A stretch of 64,000 nucleotides of DNA, taken from the NCBI RefSeq assembly GCF_035594765.1, contig NC_085846.1, positions 43,263,190 to 43,327,189 on the forward strand. Direction: 5' to 3'. Positions within the stretch are counted from its first letter, which is position 1; the number at the start of each line of letters is the position of its first letter. The translations under genes and the position numbers were made by a program. Below are positions 1-12,046 of the stretch, piece after piece. The notes beneath the pieces are model-generated. The model was not told the origin of the DNA and made no database searches. It saw only the letters and a program-made list of their open reading frames with translations. The DNA is from Anolis carolinensis (Eukaryota).

Positions 1-886
<886 letters not shown>

Positions 887-1554
887 TCACTGTTAACACT
901 GTAAATTATTTCCAAATTCAGTTATCCTTTTTTACTGCATTCAAAAGATAGTCAATATAATTAAGATATCTACCATATTTATTCATGTGTAAATTGATTC
1001 CCCCCCCCCCAATAAATAACCTCAAAACCCAGGTCAACCTATACATGGGTCAATGCTAAAATAAGGACCCAGTGCAAAAGCTGACAAGAGACAGAAGCAA
1101 GATGCATTTCCACCCCATTATTCCTTTTTTGCCCCAACTGGAGAAAGAAAGGCAGCCTTCCTTTCTTCCCTTCTTTTTGAGTTTGAGCAGAGTTCAGTAG
1201 TAACATGGAGAAGACATCTGGAGCACCTGAGGTAGGGGGAACTCAAAATGGCCATCACAACCATTCCAGAGAACCATATGAACTTTATCCCTTATTAAAA
1301 ATGGCTGTTGTTGCTTCATGTTGCTCAAGTGACCAAAATGGCTCTTCGACGTTGCTGATGAATTCCACTCAGGTCAAAAAAAATGAGGGAATAGGAAAGG
1401 ACGAGAAAGAAAGCTGCTAATGCCAAATGGGATTTCAATTCAAGGTAATTTATAGCACTAATAATTCCAAGATTCCCTCCATTTTTTGGGGGGTGGGTGG
1501 GAAATAATTGATTCTGCTTAACATAGGAGACTAATTAATCAAGTGATTACTTAC

Positions 1555-1728
1555 TTCTGGGGCCAGCACAAAGGTCTGCATGAACTTCCTCATTGGCTGC
1601 CCATTGTTTGTCAACTCCCCCATGACTTGCACAACAACTCCATCATTCAGGGTTGCATGGGCATCCACATGGCGAATCTTGGTGCGGCATTCACTAAACT
1701 GCAAGGACATTACCTTCTTGTGTATATC
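1555..1728 (-). CDS. G3BP2: G3BP2 exon 4 (NTF2-like domain)
   Basis: tttag|GATATA...CCAGAA|gtaagt; 174 nt; [58 protein letters not shown]. Confidence 0.96.
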
Positions 1729-2079
1729 CTAAAGACCAAAAATGATGACACAATGTAAATCTTGTAGAAATGTGGCGTTTTTTTTACTGTAACATGCACA
1801 TTTATGTAACAAAAATATGGAAAACTGTATTTTCAATACATGGTTGAGTTATTCATCATCCTAATAGAAACAGATCTAGTTATCTAGTTTTGAAAGATCT
1901 GGTCTCTGAGACAGTTGGCTATGAGCTGTTGGATCACTATGGAGATGCTTTTCTTCTGTTTGAGAGGCATGGGAAACATAATTCTTCCTTTTCTGTGTTG
2001 TCGAAGGCTTTCATGGCCAGAATCACAGGGTTGTTGTATGTCTTTCGGGCTGTGTGGCCATGTTCCAGAAGCATTCTCT

Positions 2080-2120
2080 CCTGACGTTTCGCCCACATCT
2101 ATGGCAGGCATCCTCAGAGG
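2080..2120 (-). ncRNA. Minimal type I hammerhead ribozyme motif (intact core)
   Basis: Minus strand CCU-CUGAGGA-U-GCCUGC-CAUAGAU-GUGGGC-GAAA-CGUC-AGG: CUGANGA and GAAA cores, stem II, palindromic ACGU, GUC site, stem I CCU/AGG. Confidence 0.75.
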
Positions 2121-2192
2121 TTGTCCTTCGCTGACCGTAGCATTTGTTGGATTTTCTTCGTGGGTCTGTAGATAGATCCACCCAGAGGAAAG

Positions 2193-2753
2193 GTGTTCTT
2201 ACCATACATCAAGGGAACTACTGACCGCATAGGGAAGCTGATGAAGAAGCACAACCTACAAACTATCTACAGACCCACGAAGAAAATCCAACAAATGCTA
2301 CGGTCAGCGAAGGACAAGAGGGATCCTCTCTCTTCTGCAGGAGTCTACCGGATACCATGCAGCTGTGGACAAGTCTACATAGGGACCACCAAACGCAGCG
2401 CCCAAACAAGAGTCAAAGAACATGAAAGGCACTGCAGACTAATTCAACCAGAGAAATCAGCCATAGCAGAGCATTTGATGAACCAGCCTGGACACAGAAT
2501 ACTATTTGAGAACACAAAAATGCTGGACCATTCTAACAACTATCATGTCAGACTACACAGAGAAGCCATTGAAATCCACAAGCATGTGGACAACTTCAAC
2601 AGAAAGGAAGAAACCATGAAAATGAACAAAATCTGGCTACCAGTATTACAAAACTCCAAAATCAAAACAGTAGATGGGAACCAACACAATGAGGACTTGA
2701 CTGAACAAAGGATGCCCCCAGGCAAGGGACAAAACATTTCCAGTGCCAATTAG
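2193..2753 (+). CDS. Partial PLE ORF: RT C-terminal linker plus GIY-YIG endonuclease
   Basis: LPYIKGTTDRIG...GVYRIPCSCGQVYIGTTKR...R.KEH...REAIEI...NFNR; no RT core present. Confidence 0.85.
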   Translation: MFLPYIKGTTDRIGKLMKKHNLQTIYRPTKKIQQMLRSAKDKRDPLSSAGVYRIPCSCGQVYIGTTKRSAQTRVKEHERHCRLIQPEKSAIAEHLMNQPGHRILFENTKMLDHSNNYHVRLHREAIEIHKHVDNFNRKEETMKMNKIWLPVLQNSKIKTVDGNQHNEDLTEQRMPPGKGQNISSAN

Positions 2754-2871
2754 GGTGATTAACTGAAACATTAATGCTGGCTCCCAGTGACAAAGAACTC
2801 TTGCCACACCTTGGACTCTACACAGATATATATTCTTTCCTTTCCTGACTTAGTTTATCCATACCTCACAA

Positions 2872-2912
2872 CCTCTGAGGATGCCTGCCATAGATGTGGG
2901 CGAAATGTCAGG
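2872..2912 (+). ncRNA. Minimal hammerhead motif, second copy (C>T at 2906 breaks the ACGU palindrome)
   Basis: CCTCTGAGGATGCCTGCCATAGATGTGGGCGAAATGTCAGG. Confidence 0.65.
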
Positions 2913-4544
2913 AGAGAATGCTTCTGGAACATGGCCACACAGCCCGAAAGACATACAACAACCCTCTTCCTTTTCTATCGATACAACTGGTCCATATCCA
3001 TTGTCCTGTGCAGTGTGTCAGTGCAGTAAACCAAATACAACACAGTTGATATTTGATAGGGAAGAAGAAATCTGTTGAAAGTTCAATGCCTATTCTCAAG
3101 TTTTTCCAAGGTAAGCATAATTTTTGGTAGTTCGGTGTTTACCTGACCTTTTGTTTACAGCCCTGATATCGTGATACACCACAGATTAATCTGCTGTTGT
3201 ATTCCGATGTGGGTCTGATAGCTAGAGCAGTTGGTTAGTTTGGAAGCAAGCAAAGCAGCTACTATAGCCATTCAGTACACCTTCTTTTGCACAAACAAAG
3301 AGAGAGAGACACATTTTTACAATAGCAGTGCACTGAAACGTGAAGGCTGACAAAGCATTAGACACAAATGATTTTTTTTTAAAAAGAAAAAGAAAGCTCT
3401 AATCTAGGGAATTGCAGAGGGAAAGAGAAAGCCGACACATAGATAAGGACAGATACAATAATGGCCCGGAACTCCTTTTTACTGCTACAGAAACTAACAT
3501 ACCGTATATACTCAACTATAAGCCGAGTTTTTCAGTCCTTTTTTAAGGCTGAAAAAACTCTCCTCGGCTTATACTCAGGTGAGGGTCCTGACGAGAAGGC
3601 ATGGGGCTGAAAAAAGAGCCCTTTCCCCATGCCTTCCCACCAGGATCCTCACCTCTCCTCCTCTTTTGCCCCCTACGCGCCTTTCCCTCCTCCGAGCCCA
3701 GAGGGAAGTGACGCCATGGGCAAACCTTGCCATTGAAGGTGTGGGTGGTGTGAGGGACAAAGAGAACAAGGCCATGGACAAACCCCGCCGTGACGACTCC
3801 CTTGTGTGCCAGGGAAGGCGTGTGCAGAGCGAGGGAGGAAAAGGTGCATGCCTTTCCCGCCTTCTCCCTGGCCCCGCGCGTGCTTTCCCGCCTCTTCACT
3901 TGCCCGGTGCGTGCCTTCTTTGGAGATGAAGGAGGAAGCCACGGTGGCGGAGACAAACCATGAGGACAAATTGTTGGATTATGGTTGTATGTGTATGAAA
4001 TGTAAATCAAGTGTTTTCTGCTGTTTTGTAAGAGTGTGTGTTTCAGTAATGAAACAGTTAACAGCAGGCTAGTTTTGACTGACAACCTGTTGTGACTGCT
4101 ATGACCTATCAGGCATGATTTCTGGCTTTGGAGGTTGGGAACTTCCTGCAGACTGAGGAATGTGTTTTCTTATCTCTGTGTGTTGAGCTGGTGCTTGCCG
4201 AGTGAAGAGGCTAAAGAGAATGCCAGCTCAGAGCGATGGCTTTTGCTGTGATTTGTAAATATGTATTATAGATATTGAAATAAATGTTTGGACTTTAGAT
4301 TACAGATGTGTTGGAGTCTGACATTTGAGCAGAGGAATTGGTGTGGCAGACGATTGCAACCAATTCATCAGGGTGCTGGAGAAGATGATCGATGGTGTTT
4401 TGGAGAAACCCACCCAGCACGCACCCTGACCCCCACGTCGACAAAATCCTCCAGCTGCGGTTCTCTCTGCCACCACTGAGGAAAGTGCACACAGAACGAG
4501 GAAGGAGGTTGCAAAGGCGCGCGTGAGGCGAGGGAGGTAGAAGG

Positions 4545-4980
4545 CGGAAGGGGGTTGAACTAGATGTCCCAAGGAGTCTCTTCCAACCCTCTTTATTAGT
4601 ATTATTGTTATTGAGGCTGGGTGGCCATCTGTCAGGGGTGCTTTAATTGTGCTTTTGCTGAATAAAGGCAGAAGGTCCTTGAACTATATTGTCTTTAGAG
4701 GTCCCTTCCAATTTTATCATTGATATGGATATTAATATTATTAAGGCTGGGTGGCCATTTGTCGGGGATGCTTTGTGCTTTTGCTGCATGAAAGCAGAAG
4801 GGGGTTGGCCTAGATGGCCCATGTAGTCTCGTCCAACTTTATTATGAATATTAATATTATTAAGGCTGGGTGGCCATCTGTCGGGGTTGTTTTGAATGTG
4901 CTTTCCCTGCATGAAGGCAGAATGAAGGTGTTAGACTAGATGACCTTTAGAAGTCCCTTCCAACTCTAGGATTCTATTAA
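4545..4980 (+). repeat. About 3.5 tandem copies (120-130 nt) of a CR1 3'-end-like unit
   Basis: Units start AGGCTGGGTGGCCATYTGTC at about 4614, 4744 and 4863; similar to CR1 3' end 11262-11385. Confidence 0.75.
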
Positions 4981-5294
4981 ATGAGTCTTAGTTGACCAGG
5001 AGTGTAATGCTGCGGCTGAAGAGGCCAATGCCATCTTAGGCTGCATCAATAAGAGAAGCTTGAGAGAAGGTGAAAGGATACTGATACGACACTTTACCTC
5101 GGGTGGTTTTTAAATTGCTTTTAATGATAATTATTTAATGCAACTGTTTATTTTAACATACTATACAATGTCTAGTATTGTCTTTTGTTTTAAATTTGTA
5201 TTTTTTTTGTTTTTGTTTATATAGGTATTGAATGTTTGCCTTTTACTCTGCTGGTAGCCACCCTGATTCCCCATGGGGAGATAGAGAGGAATAC

Positions 5295-5296
<2 letters not shown>

Positions 5297-5339
<43 letters not shown>
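5297..5339. repeat. (TAT)n microsatellite
   Basis: Directly visible. Confidence 0.95.
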
Positions 5340-6116
5340 GTCATTGTTGATACCATATTGCTTTTGTTGACCCTCTTTTTCCACTTAGAGGAAGTTTACT
5401 GTTATTCTTTGAAATATGGTCAATATTGAAAAACATTTAGCCTACGGATGCCTCAATTAATGTAATTTTATTGATATCTATTTTTATTTTTGAAATTTAC
5501 CAGTAGCTGCTACATTTCCAACTCTCGGCTTATACTCGAATCAATAAGTTTTCCCAGCTTTTTATGCCTCGGCTTATATTTGGGTCAGCTTATACTCGAG
5601 TATATACGGTACCTCAAACAGCATTTGTGCCACAGTGAAAATGTGACATGTAGAAAGTAAAAAGTGTAGTGATGGTGCAGCCTTTCAGGAGAACCTCTTA
5701 TTCAAGAGTAGCTTCTTCCTTTCTTTGCTAATATCCTCTTTACTAATTTAGCTGCAGCATAATGTCTGTACCTGCTTTGTTTCTCTTTCCTCAAGCCTAC
5801 CAAATCTTAGAATCTCTGACTACACGGGCCTTTGGATGGGGTTTTTACTACAAACGTCCAAGACAAACTGGCTTGAAAGGGAAGTCAGTTGTGTTTCCTT
5901 CTTCAAACATCCAACTTTTTAAAAAGATTCTGCTGCTTGTATATAGAGAACAAATTGTGCATTATCTGGCTCACTGGACAATAATAATTATTGAGAAAAG
6001 AGAGCCATATAATTGATAATACAAAAAAAACTTGGGGGGGGCACAAGGAGTATAGTAAGTATCTTAGCTAGATAACAACACATTGTACTTCAATTATGTT
6101 ACTTTGGTTTTTAAAT

Positions 6117-6254
6117 ATTATTTAAAGAAAAAAGCAAGAATAACAGGGCTTTTTCACACATATATAACTTTGTTAAGTATTTTAAATTATTTAAAGAAAA
6201 AAGCAAGAATAACAGGGCTTTTTCACACATATATAACTTTGTTAAGTATTTTAA
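6117..6254. repeat. 69-bp tandem duplication
   Basis: ATTATTTAAAGAAAAAAGCAAG...GTATTTTAA starts at 6117 and 6186. Confidence 0.9.
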
Positions 6255-6558
6255 AATATTTAATGAATTGAACATGCAATAACACTGAGTGTTTAATGTT
6301 GTAGCAAACTCAGATAATCTCTATCTTCATATTATTCAAGACACCTTCAAAATTCATAATATATGGAATATTAACAATGCCGATTTTTTATAATTAACAA
6401 GAATTTGGATGTGATTAGACTTAAGGATTCAGCAAATATATTTACTGTAGCAAATGTACATCAACACATGCATAAAAGTATTTTTTTAACTAACAAAAGC
6501 CTAATATTTAATCATGTGAAATCCATGCTAAAGAATTTATTTGAACAGAATCCTTCTA

Positions 6559-6729
<171 letters not shown>

Positions 6730-7135
6730 TCATGGTCTAGAACTCATTACTCTAAAAAAATAGTTTCTAATATATTTCCAAGAATAAAAAATGCTATCCC
6801 CAAATAATTTTACACTGAATGGCCAGCCAGGAAATCCTTTGGAGATGGAATGGGCTCAATTAACCAATTGTTCAATCTAAACCATCACATTCCTAAATCC
6901 TACAGAAGAGATTTTCAGTATTTACAAATCAACAGCTTTGTTCACTTAATCTTCTATCCCCTTTGATTCGAAGAAATACAGGTACATATTATCTGCACTT
7001 GTCACAGGTGTGAAATCCTAATGTTAGCTTCTGATTATGTTTCCCACATTGGGAAACAAATGCTGCAGGCTAAGTTACACTAACCTACACAAGGAACTGG
7101 AATATTACAACCGAAGAGGTAGCATAACCTGTGCC

Positions 7136-7294
7136 CACAATGTCCTACCTCATGTACAGAGGAGGAGTTGCTTAAAGCTACGGACAATGCGGTTGCTGTT
7201 GCCCGCTTTTGGTCTAAAACTATTTAGTTGCTTGTGATTTCCAATTTTTAAAATGTATTTGTTATGCAATGCTTTTGACACAAAATAAATAATA
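7136..7294 (+). mobile_element. 3' fragment of a Vingi/Ingi-clade LINE
   Basis: Encodes PQCPTSCTEEELLKATDNAVAVARFWSKTI*; ends TGACACAAAATAAATAAT; flanking repeat AACCTGTGCC (7126-7135, 7295-7304). Confidence 0.7.
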
Positions 7295-10044
7295 AACCTG
7301 TGCCTGATTCAAGTGATGCAATTCAGGACAATGTTCAGTCTCATTCACTGTGCCTACTGTTGGCCAAATACTGAAACCGGTACAGTTATTAGGATTGCAC
7401 AAAGCTGCCAATTGACTGAGCAGATCAGGAGAAGGTACCCGTTAATTGTAGGGAGTTCAGGAATTATGCCAAGAGCAGCAGGTGGCAATAATTTCACCAC
7501 CATTCATGCCGGCGCGGGCACCACGGGGCAGGCCCGGCGCAGGCACAAGCGCTAGGCCACCCGGTGAGTGCTGGACTGCCCGGTGCTCGCCGGAGCGCTG
7601 GGCAGAAGGGGAAGGCCTCGCCAGGAAGGCCTCGCCAGAAAGGCGTTTGGCGGCTTCTCTGCTCTGCAAAGCCCCGAACGCCTTCCTGACGAGAAGGAAG
7701 GTGTTCGGGGCTTTGCGGAGCAGAAAAGCGCCGCTTCTCTGCTCCCCAAAGCGGCGACCTCGGCTCCTTCCTTGCGGAGGGAAGCGCGGCGGCGGAGGCA
7801 GGCCGCAGGAGACCGGAGTTGCCTCGATGGTGCCCCCAACGAGATGGCGCCACAAGCAACTGCCTAGTTGGCCTGGTGGTTGAACCGCCTCTGCTTCCTA
7901 GGGGTAGATTTCTCTCACTTCTTGTGGTCTCACCCCCATTTTTAACTCTGAATCATTTGTAAGTCAGTTGTTTGTAATTCGGGGACTGCCTATATTTAAG
8001 TTACAAGGCCACTAATGAATCACAAAGAGGAACTTGTCTAAATATTTGTAAGATTAAGATCAATTTATTTTTTATGGAGAAAAATTCATTTTAATTGTAA
8101 GGCCTACCAAGAATTAATTACGGTACATTTTTTCAAAACTAAACACAGAGCTTGTTAGATACACCAGTAAACATTTTCTCCATGTTTCTGAGTCATCTTA
8201 GGACAAGAAGAGACCTTTACTCCACAACAGGCCATCTCTTCCAAGTCAAGAATTACTTCCTGGAAAAATACTTTCTGGGTTTAAAATAGCCTTTGGAATG
8301 AAACATGGAGAAATTGTTTCTCACCTTATAGGAAGTATCTGGAATCATTCAGCCACAAACTGGGTGCCATGAAAATAGTCCAGCAAACTGCATGCCATCC
8401 ATAGGTCACACTTCCTCCAACCTTGACCTAAATCTTGTAGACAGGCTTGAGTGGAGTAGACCTACTGAATCAGTGAGATTTGCGTATGTGTGGACTCAAC
8501 ATTCAGCAATCCATTGAATGGATCTAGTTAAGACTAATAAACAGGATTACACTGGAATAACAAAATGGCTTCCCCATATATCTTAGGGGACATTAATGGG
8601 CATTAATGTTCAAGAACCTTTCAGGGGTTGCAGGATGTATGCCACTTTCCAAAGTCTCCAGAGAGGCAAAAGCTTTGACAAGTTGCCTACATCTGCTTTT
8701 AGGCTGTTAATATTCTTATTGAAAGAGAAGAAAGGCAACCCCCCCAGCCTGTTTTTGCGGTCAGATGGAATTCTTAATCTCAGTTTCTCTGTCAGGCCCT
8801 TTCTACACTATCTTATAAAATCCAAAATATCTGCTCTGAACTGGATAATATGACACTGTAGACTCATATAATCCAGTTCAAAGTAGAAAATGTGGATTAT
8901 CTGATTTAATAATCTGGATTATATGGCAATATAGAATGGGTCTCAGGGCCCTTCTACACATGTCTGAAAACCTGGCAGTAACTGGAATAAAAGGGGAGTG
9001 GCTAAATGACATTTAGAGAAAGGGCAAATCCAGCTAACAGATGAAAAGCATGTGTTGGAAAGGTGTGTTTTAAACCCGATTCCACCCAAAAAATTTGCAT
9101 CTTCACATGACTCTTTATCCCTGCAGACATGGAAAATGCATGATTTCCTTCTGAGCCCCCTGTGTGGACTGCTCCAGTGCATGCGCACATTTTTAAAGCC
9201 TGAAACAGCTGATTGGTCTGTCAAAAAATGGAGCCACAGATACACAGGTGGCTCAATGGAAGCACAATTGGAAAGCAATTAGAATTCTCGGAAACCATTC
9301 CTTTGTTTTGATCTTTATAATATTAAACAGCAGAGCTTGAATTTACAGTTGGGTGAAGATAAAGAGTAAGAAATCTTCTTGTGTGTACATTAGGATCTCT
9401 GCATGAGTACATAGGAGGCCCACGAATCTTGGAGAGAATGTTAAAAAAAAAAAGACTTCCACTGGATGTCCCCCATCCACCCCTCCCCCCACCTTGATTC
9501 TCTTCAAAGGAAATGTGGACTAACAGGTCTGTCTGTGGACTTACTATCAGGTCCTGGGATTTTTGCCCCCTTTTTAAACCCACATTTTGCTGCTGTCTTG
9601 AAGCACTCTGTTTCTCATCCCCAACCATAGTTGCTGCCAAAAGAGGTTTGGAGTTCGTTTGAGCCCTGGTGAAGGGATAGCAACTGGCAAACTATGGCAA
9701 TGGCTTTAAAACTCCAGTTATAATTATATAATTGAAAATTAGAGAGAAAGAAAGAAATTCTAAGGGATGGTTAAGAGGAGATCTGAACATACTAGAAAAG
9801 TCATTTTCGCTGAGTAACAGAGGTGGTCTGGGGGGTTTTCTGCCAGAAATTTCCATGAAACTCCATGAGGAAAGGATAACATGGCCATGCCCATACCTTA
9901 CCCACCAATGGACCATTCATGGATGAAAACGCTATGTATTACTGCATAGTTATCGGGAGAAGGGGTCATTAATGGATTAATGGATTATTTCAATTAGTTT
10001 CCAATGTGGAAAAAAAACCTAGTTTCAATGATTCTGTAACACAC

Positions 10045-11385
10045 GTCGATACCAGGCAAGATTCTGGAAAAGATAATTAAGGAAGTGGTCTGCGAACACT
10101 TAGAAATGAATGCAGTCATTGCTAATAGTCAACACGGATTTACCAAAAACAAGTCATGCCAGACTAATCTGATCTCTTTTTTCGATAGAGTTACGAGTTG
10201 GGTCGATACAGGGAATGCTGTGGATGTAGCGTATCTGGATTTCAGTAAGGCCTTCGACAAAGTCCCCCATGACCTTCTGGCAAACAAACTGGTAAAATGT
10301 GGGTTAGATAAAACTACAGTTAGATTGATCTGTAATTGGCTAAGCGAACGAACCCAAAGGGTGCTCACCAATGCATTGTCTTCATCATGGAAAGAAGTGA
10401 CAAGTGGAGTGCCGCAGGGCTCCATCCTGGGCCCGGTTCTGTTCAACATCTTTATTAACGACTTAGACGAAGGGTTAGAAGGTATGATCATCAAGTTTGC
10501 AGACGACACCAAACTGGGAGGGATAGCTAACACTCCAGAAGACAGGAGCAGAATTCAAAACGATCTTGACAGACTAGAGAGATGGGCCGAAACTAACAAA
10601 ATGAAGTTCAACAGGGACAAATGCAAGATACTTCACTTCGGCAGAAAAAATGGAATGCAAAGATACAGAACGGGGGACGCCTGGCTTGACAGCAGTGTAT
10701 GTGAAAAAGACCTTGGAGTCCTCGTGGACAACAAGTTAAACATGAGCCAACAATGTGATGCGGCAGCTAAAAAAGCCAATGGGATTCTGGCCTGCATCAA
10801 TAGGGGCATAGCGTCTAGATCCAGGGAAGTCATGCTCCCTCTCTATTCTGCCTTGGTCAGACCACACCTGGAATACTGTGTCCAATTTTGGGCACCGCAG
10901 TTGAAGGGAGATGTTGACAAGCTCGAAAGCGTCCAGAGGAAGGCGACTAAAATGATTAAGGGTCTGGAGAACAAGCCCTATGAGGAGCGGCTTAAAGAGC
11001 TGGGCATGTTTAGCCTGCAAAAGAGAAGGCTGAGAGGAGACATGATAGCCATGTACAAATACGTGAGGGGAAGTCATAGGGAGGAGGGAACAAGCTTGTT
11101 TTCTGCCCTTCAGACTAGGACATGGAACAATGGCTTCAAACTACAGGAAAGGAGATTCCACCTGAACATCAGGAAGAATTTCCTCACCGTGAGAGCTGTA
11201 CAACAGTGGAACTCTCTCTCCTGGGCTGTGGTGGAGGCTCCTTCTTTGGAGGCTTTTAAGCAGAGGCTGGATGGCCATCTGTCGGGGGTGCTTTGAATGC
11301 GATTTCCTGCTTCTTAGCAGGGGGTTGGACTGGATGGCCCATGAGGTCTCTTCCAACTCTACTATTCTATGATTCTATGATTCTA
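10045..11385 (+). mobile_element. CR1 LINE, 5'-truncated; uninterrupted RT fragment (ORF 10085-11296)
   Basis: QHGF, YLDFSKAFD, GVPQGS, KFADD motifs; (ATTCTATG)n tail; antisense to G3BP2 in intron 2. Confidence 0.95.
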
Positions 11386-11936
11386 CAACAATGCCTAGAG
11401 AGCATTGAGACAAAAGTAGGACAAATGCATCACTATGATGGTATAATAGCTTGGTGTGATAACACCCCAAACCTGAGCTGCTCTTGATACAAAATCAATT
11501 CTCCCAATGAGCAGCCAATAAGAGGTCTATTAAAAACATACTTTAGCTTGTAATATATATTGCTTGTTGCCAAAAGTGGATTTGCATGAATCCAGATGTT
11601 TCCAGAACAGATTATTTGGCAGGATAGAAATAAATATCAGCTTTAGCTATTTTTTCACTCAGTTCTTGTAACTCCTTTCCCCCCCCGAATGCTAATTCCA
11701 GCATTCTTCTATCTACCATTCCAAATCCATTCCTGTAGTGCCTAGAGATGGGGAAGGGGATTCCATAGCATTGGGTAGATTTCTAATCTTAAAAACGGAG
11801 TAAATGTTCTGTTTATCAGAAGGCCTTTGTGTCAAATATTTGGAAGGGGACACAAAAGAGTTGGTTTGTTGGTAAAAGCAAGGAAAGGTTCCTGTGGTTC
11901 CAGTTCAGTAATATCAGCTAAAGAATGGGTCTATAC

Positions 11937-12046
11937 CAGTGGTTCTCAAATTGTGGGTCCCCAGGTGTTTTGGCCTACAACTCCCAGAAATCCTAGCCAG
12001 TTTACCAGGCCAAAACATCCAGGGACCCACAGGTTGAGAAGCACTG
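11937..12046. mobile_element. Short hAT MITE
   Basis: CAGTGGTTCTCAA...TTGAGAAGCACTG TIRs; degenerate 8-bp flanks GTCTATAC/GTGTATGC. Confidence 0.65.

Larger units (their letters stand above)
1995..2964 (+). mobile_element. Penelope-like retroelement, 5'-truncated, with inverted pseudo-LTR copy
   Basis: GIY-YIG ORF; 2028-2124 is the reverse complement of 2868-2964; 12-bp flanking direct repeat TCTTCCTTTTCT (1983-1994, 2965-2976). Confidence 0.9.
3502..5609. mobile_element. Non-autonomous Tc1/mariner-type element with internal cargo
   Basis: TA|CCGTATATACTC...GAGTATATACGG|TA terminal inverted repeats with TA duplication; related copy at 52733-53589. Confidence 0.8.

Noticed and set aside
3586-3616. 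CTGACGA...GAAA as another hammerhead (also CTGACGA at 7686)
   Set aside because: No stem II or stem I pairing and no properly placed NUH site.
7457-7883. Five overlapping 95-133 aa ORFs
   Set aside because: GC-rich, stop-poor sequence on both strands; no recognisable domain or exon structure.
10085-11296. 403-aa RT ORF as a domesticated gene
   Set aside because: It is a 5'-truncated young CR1 with its normal tail, no endonuclease and no initiating ATG (track start is GTG).
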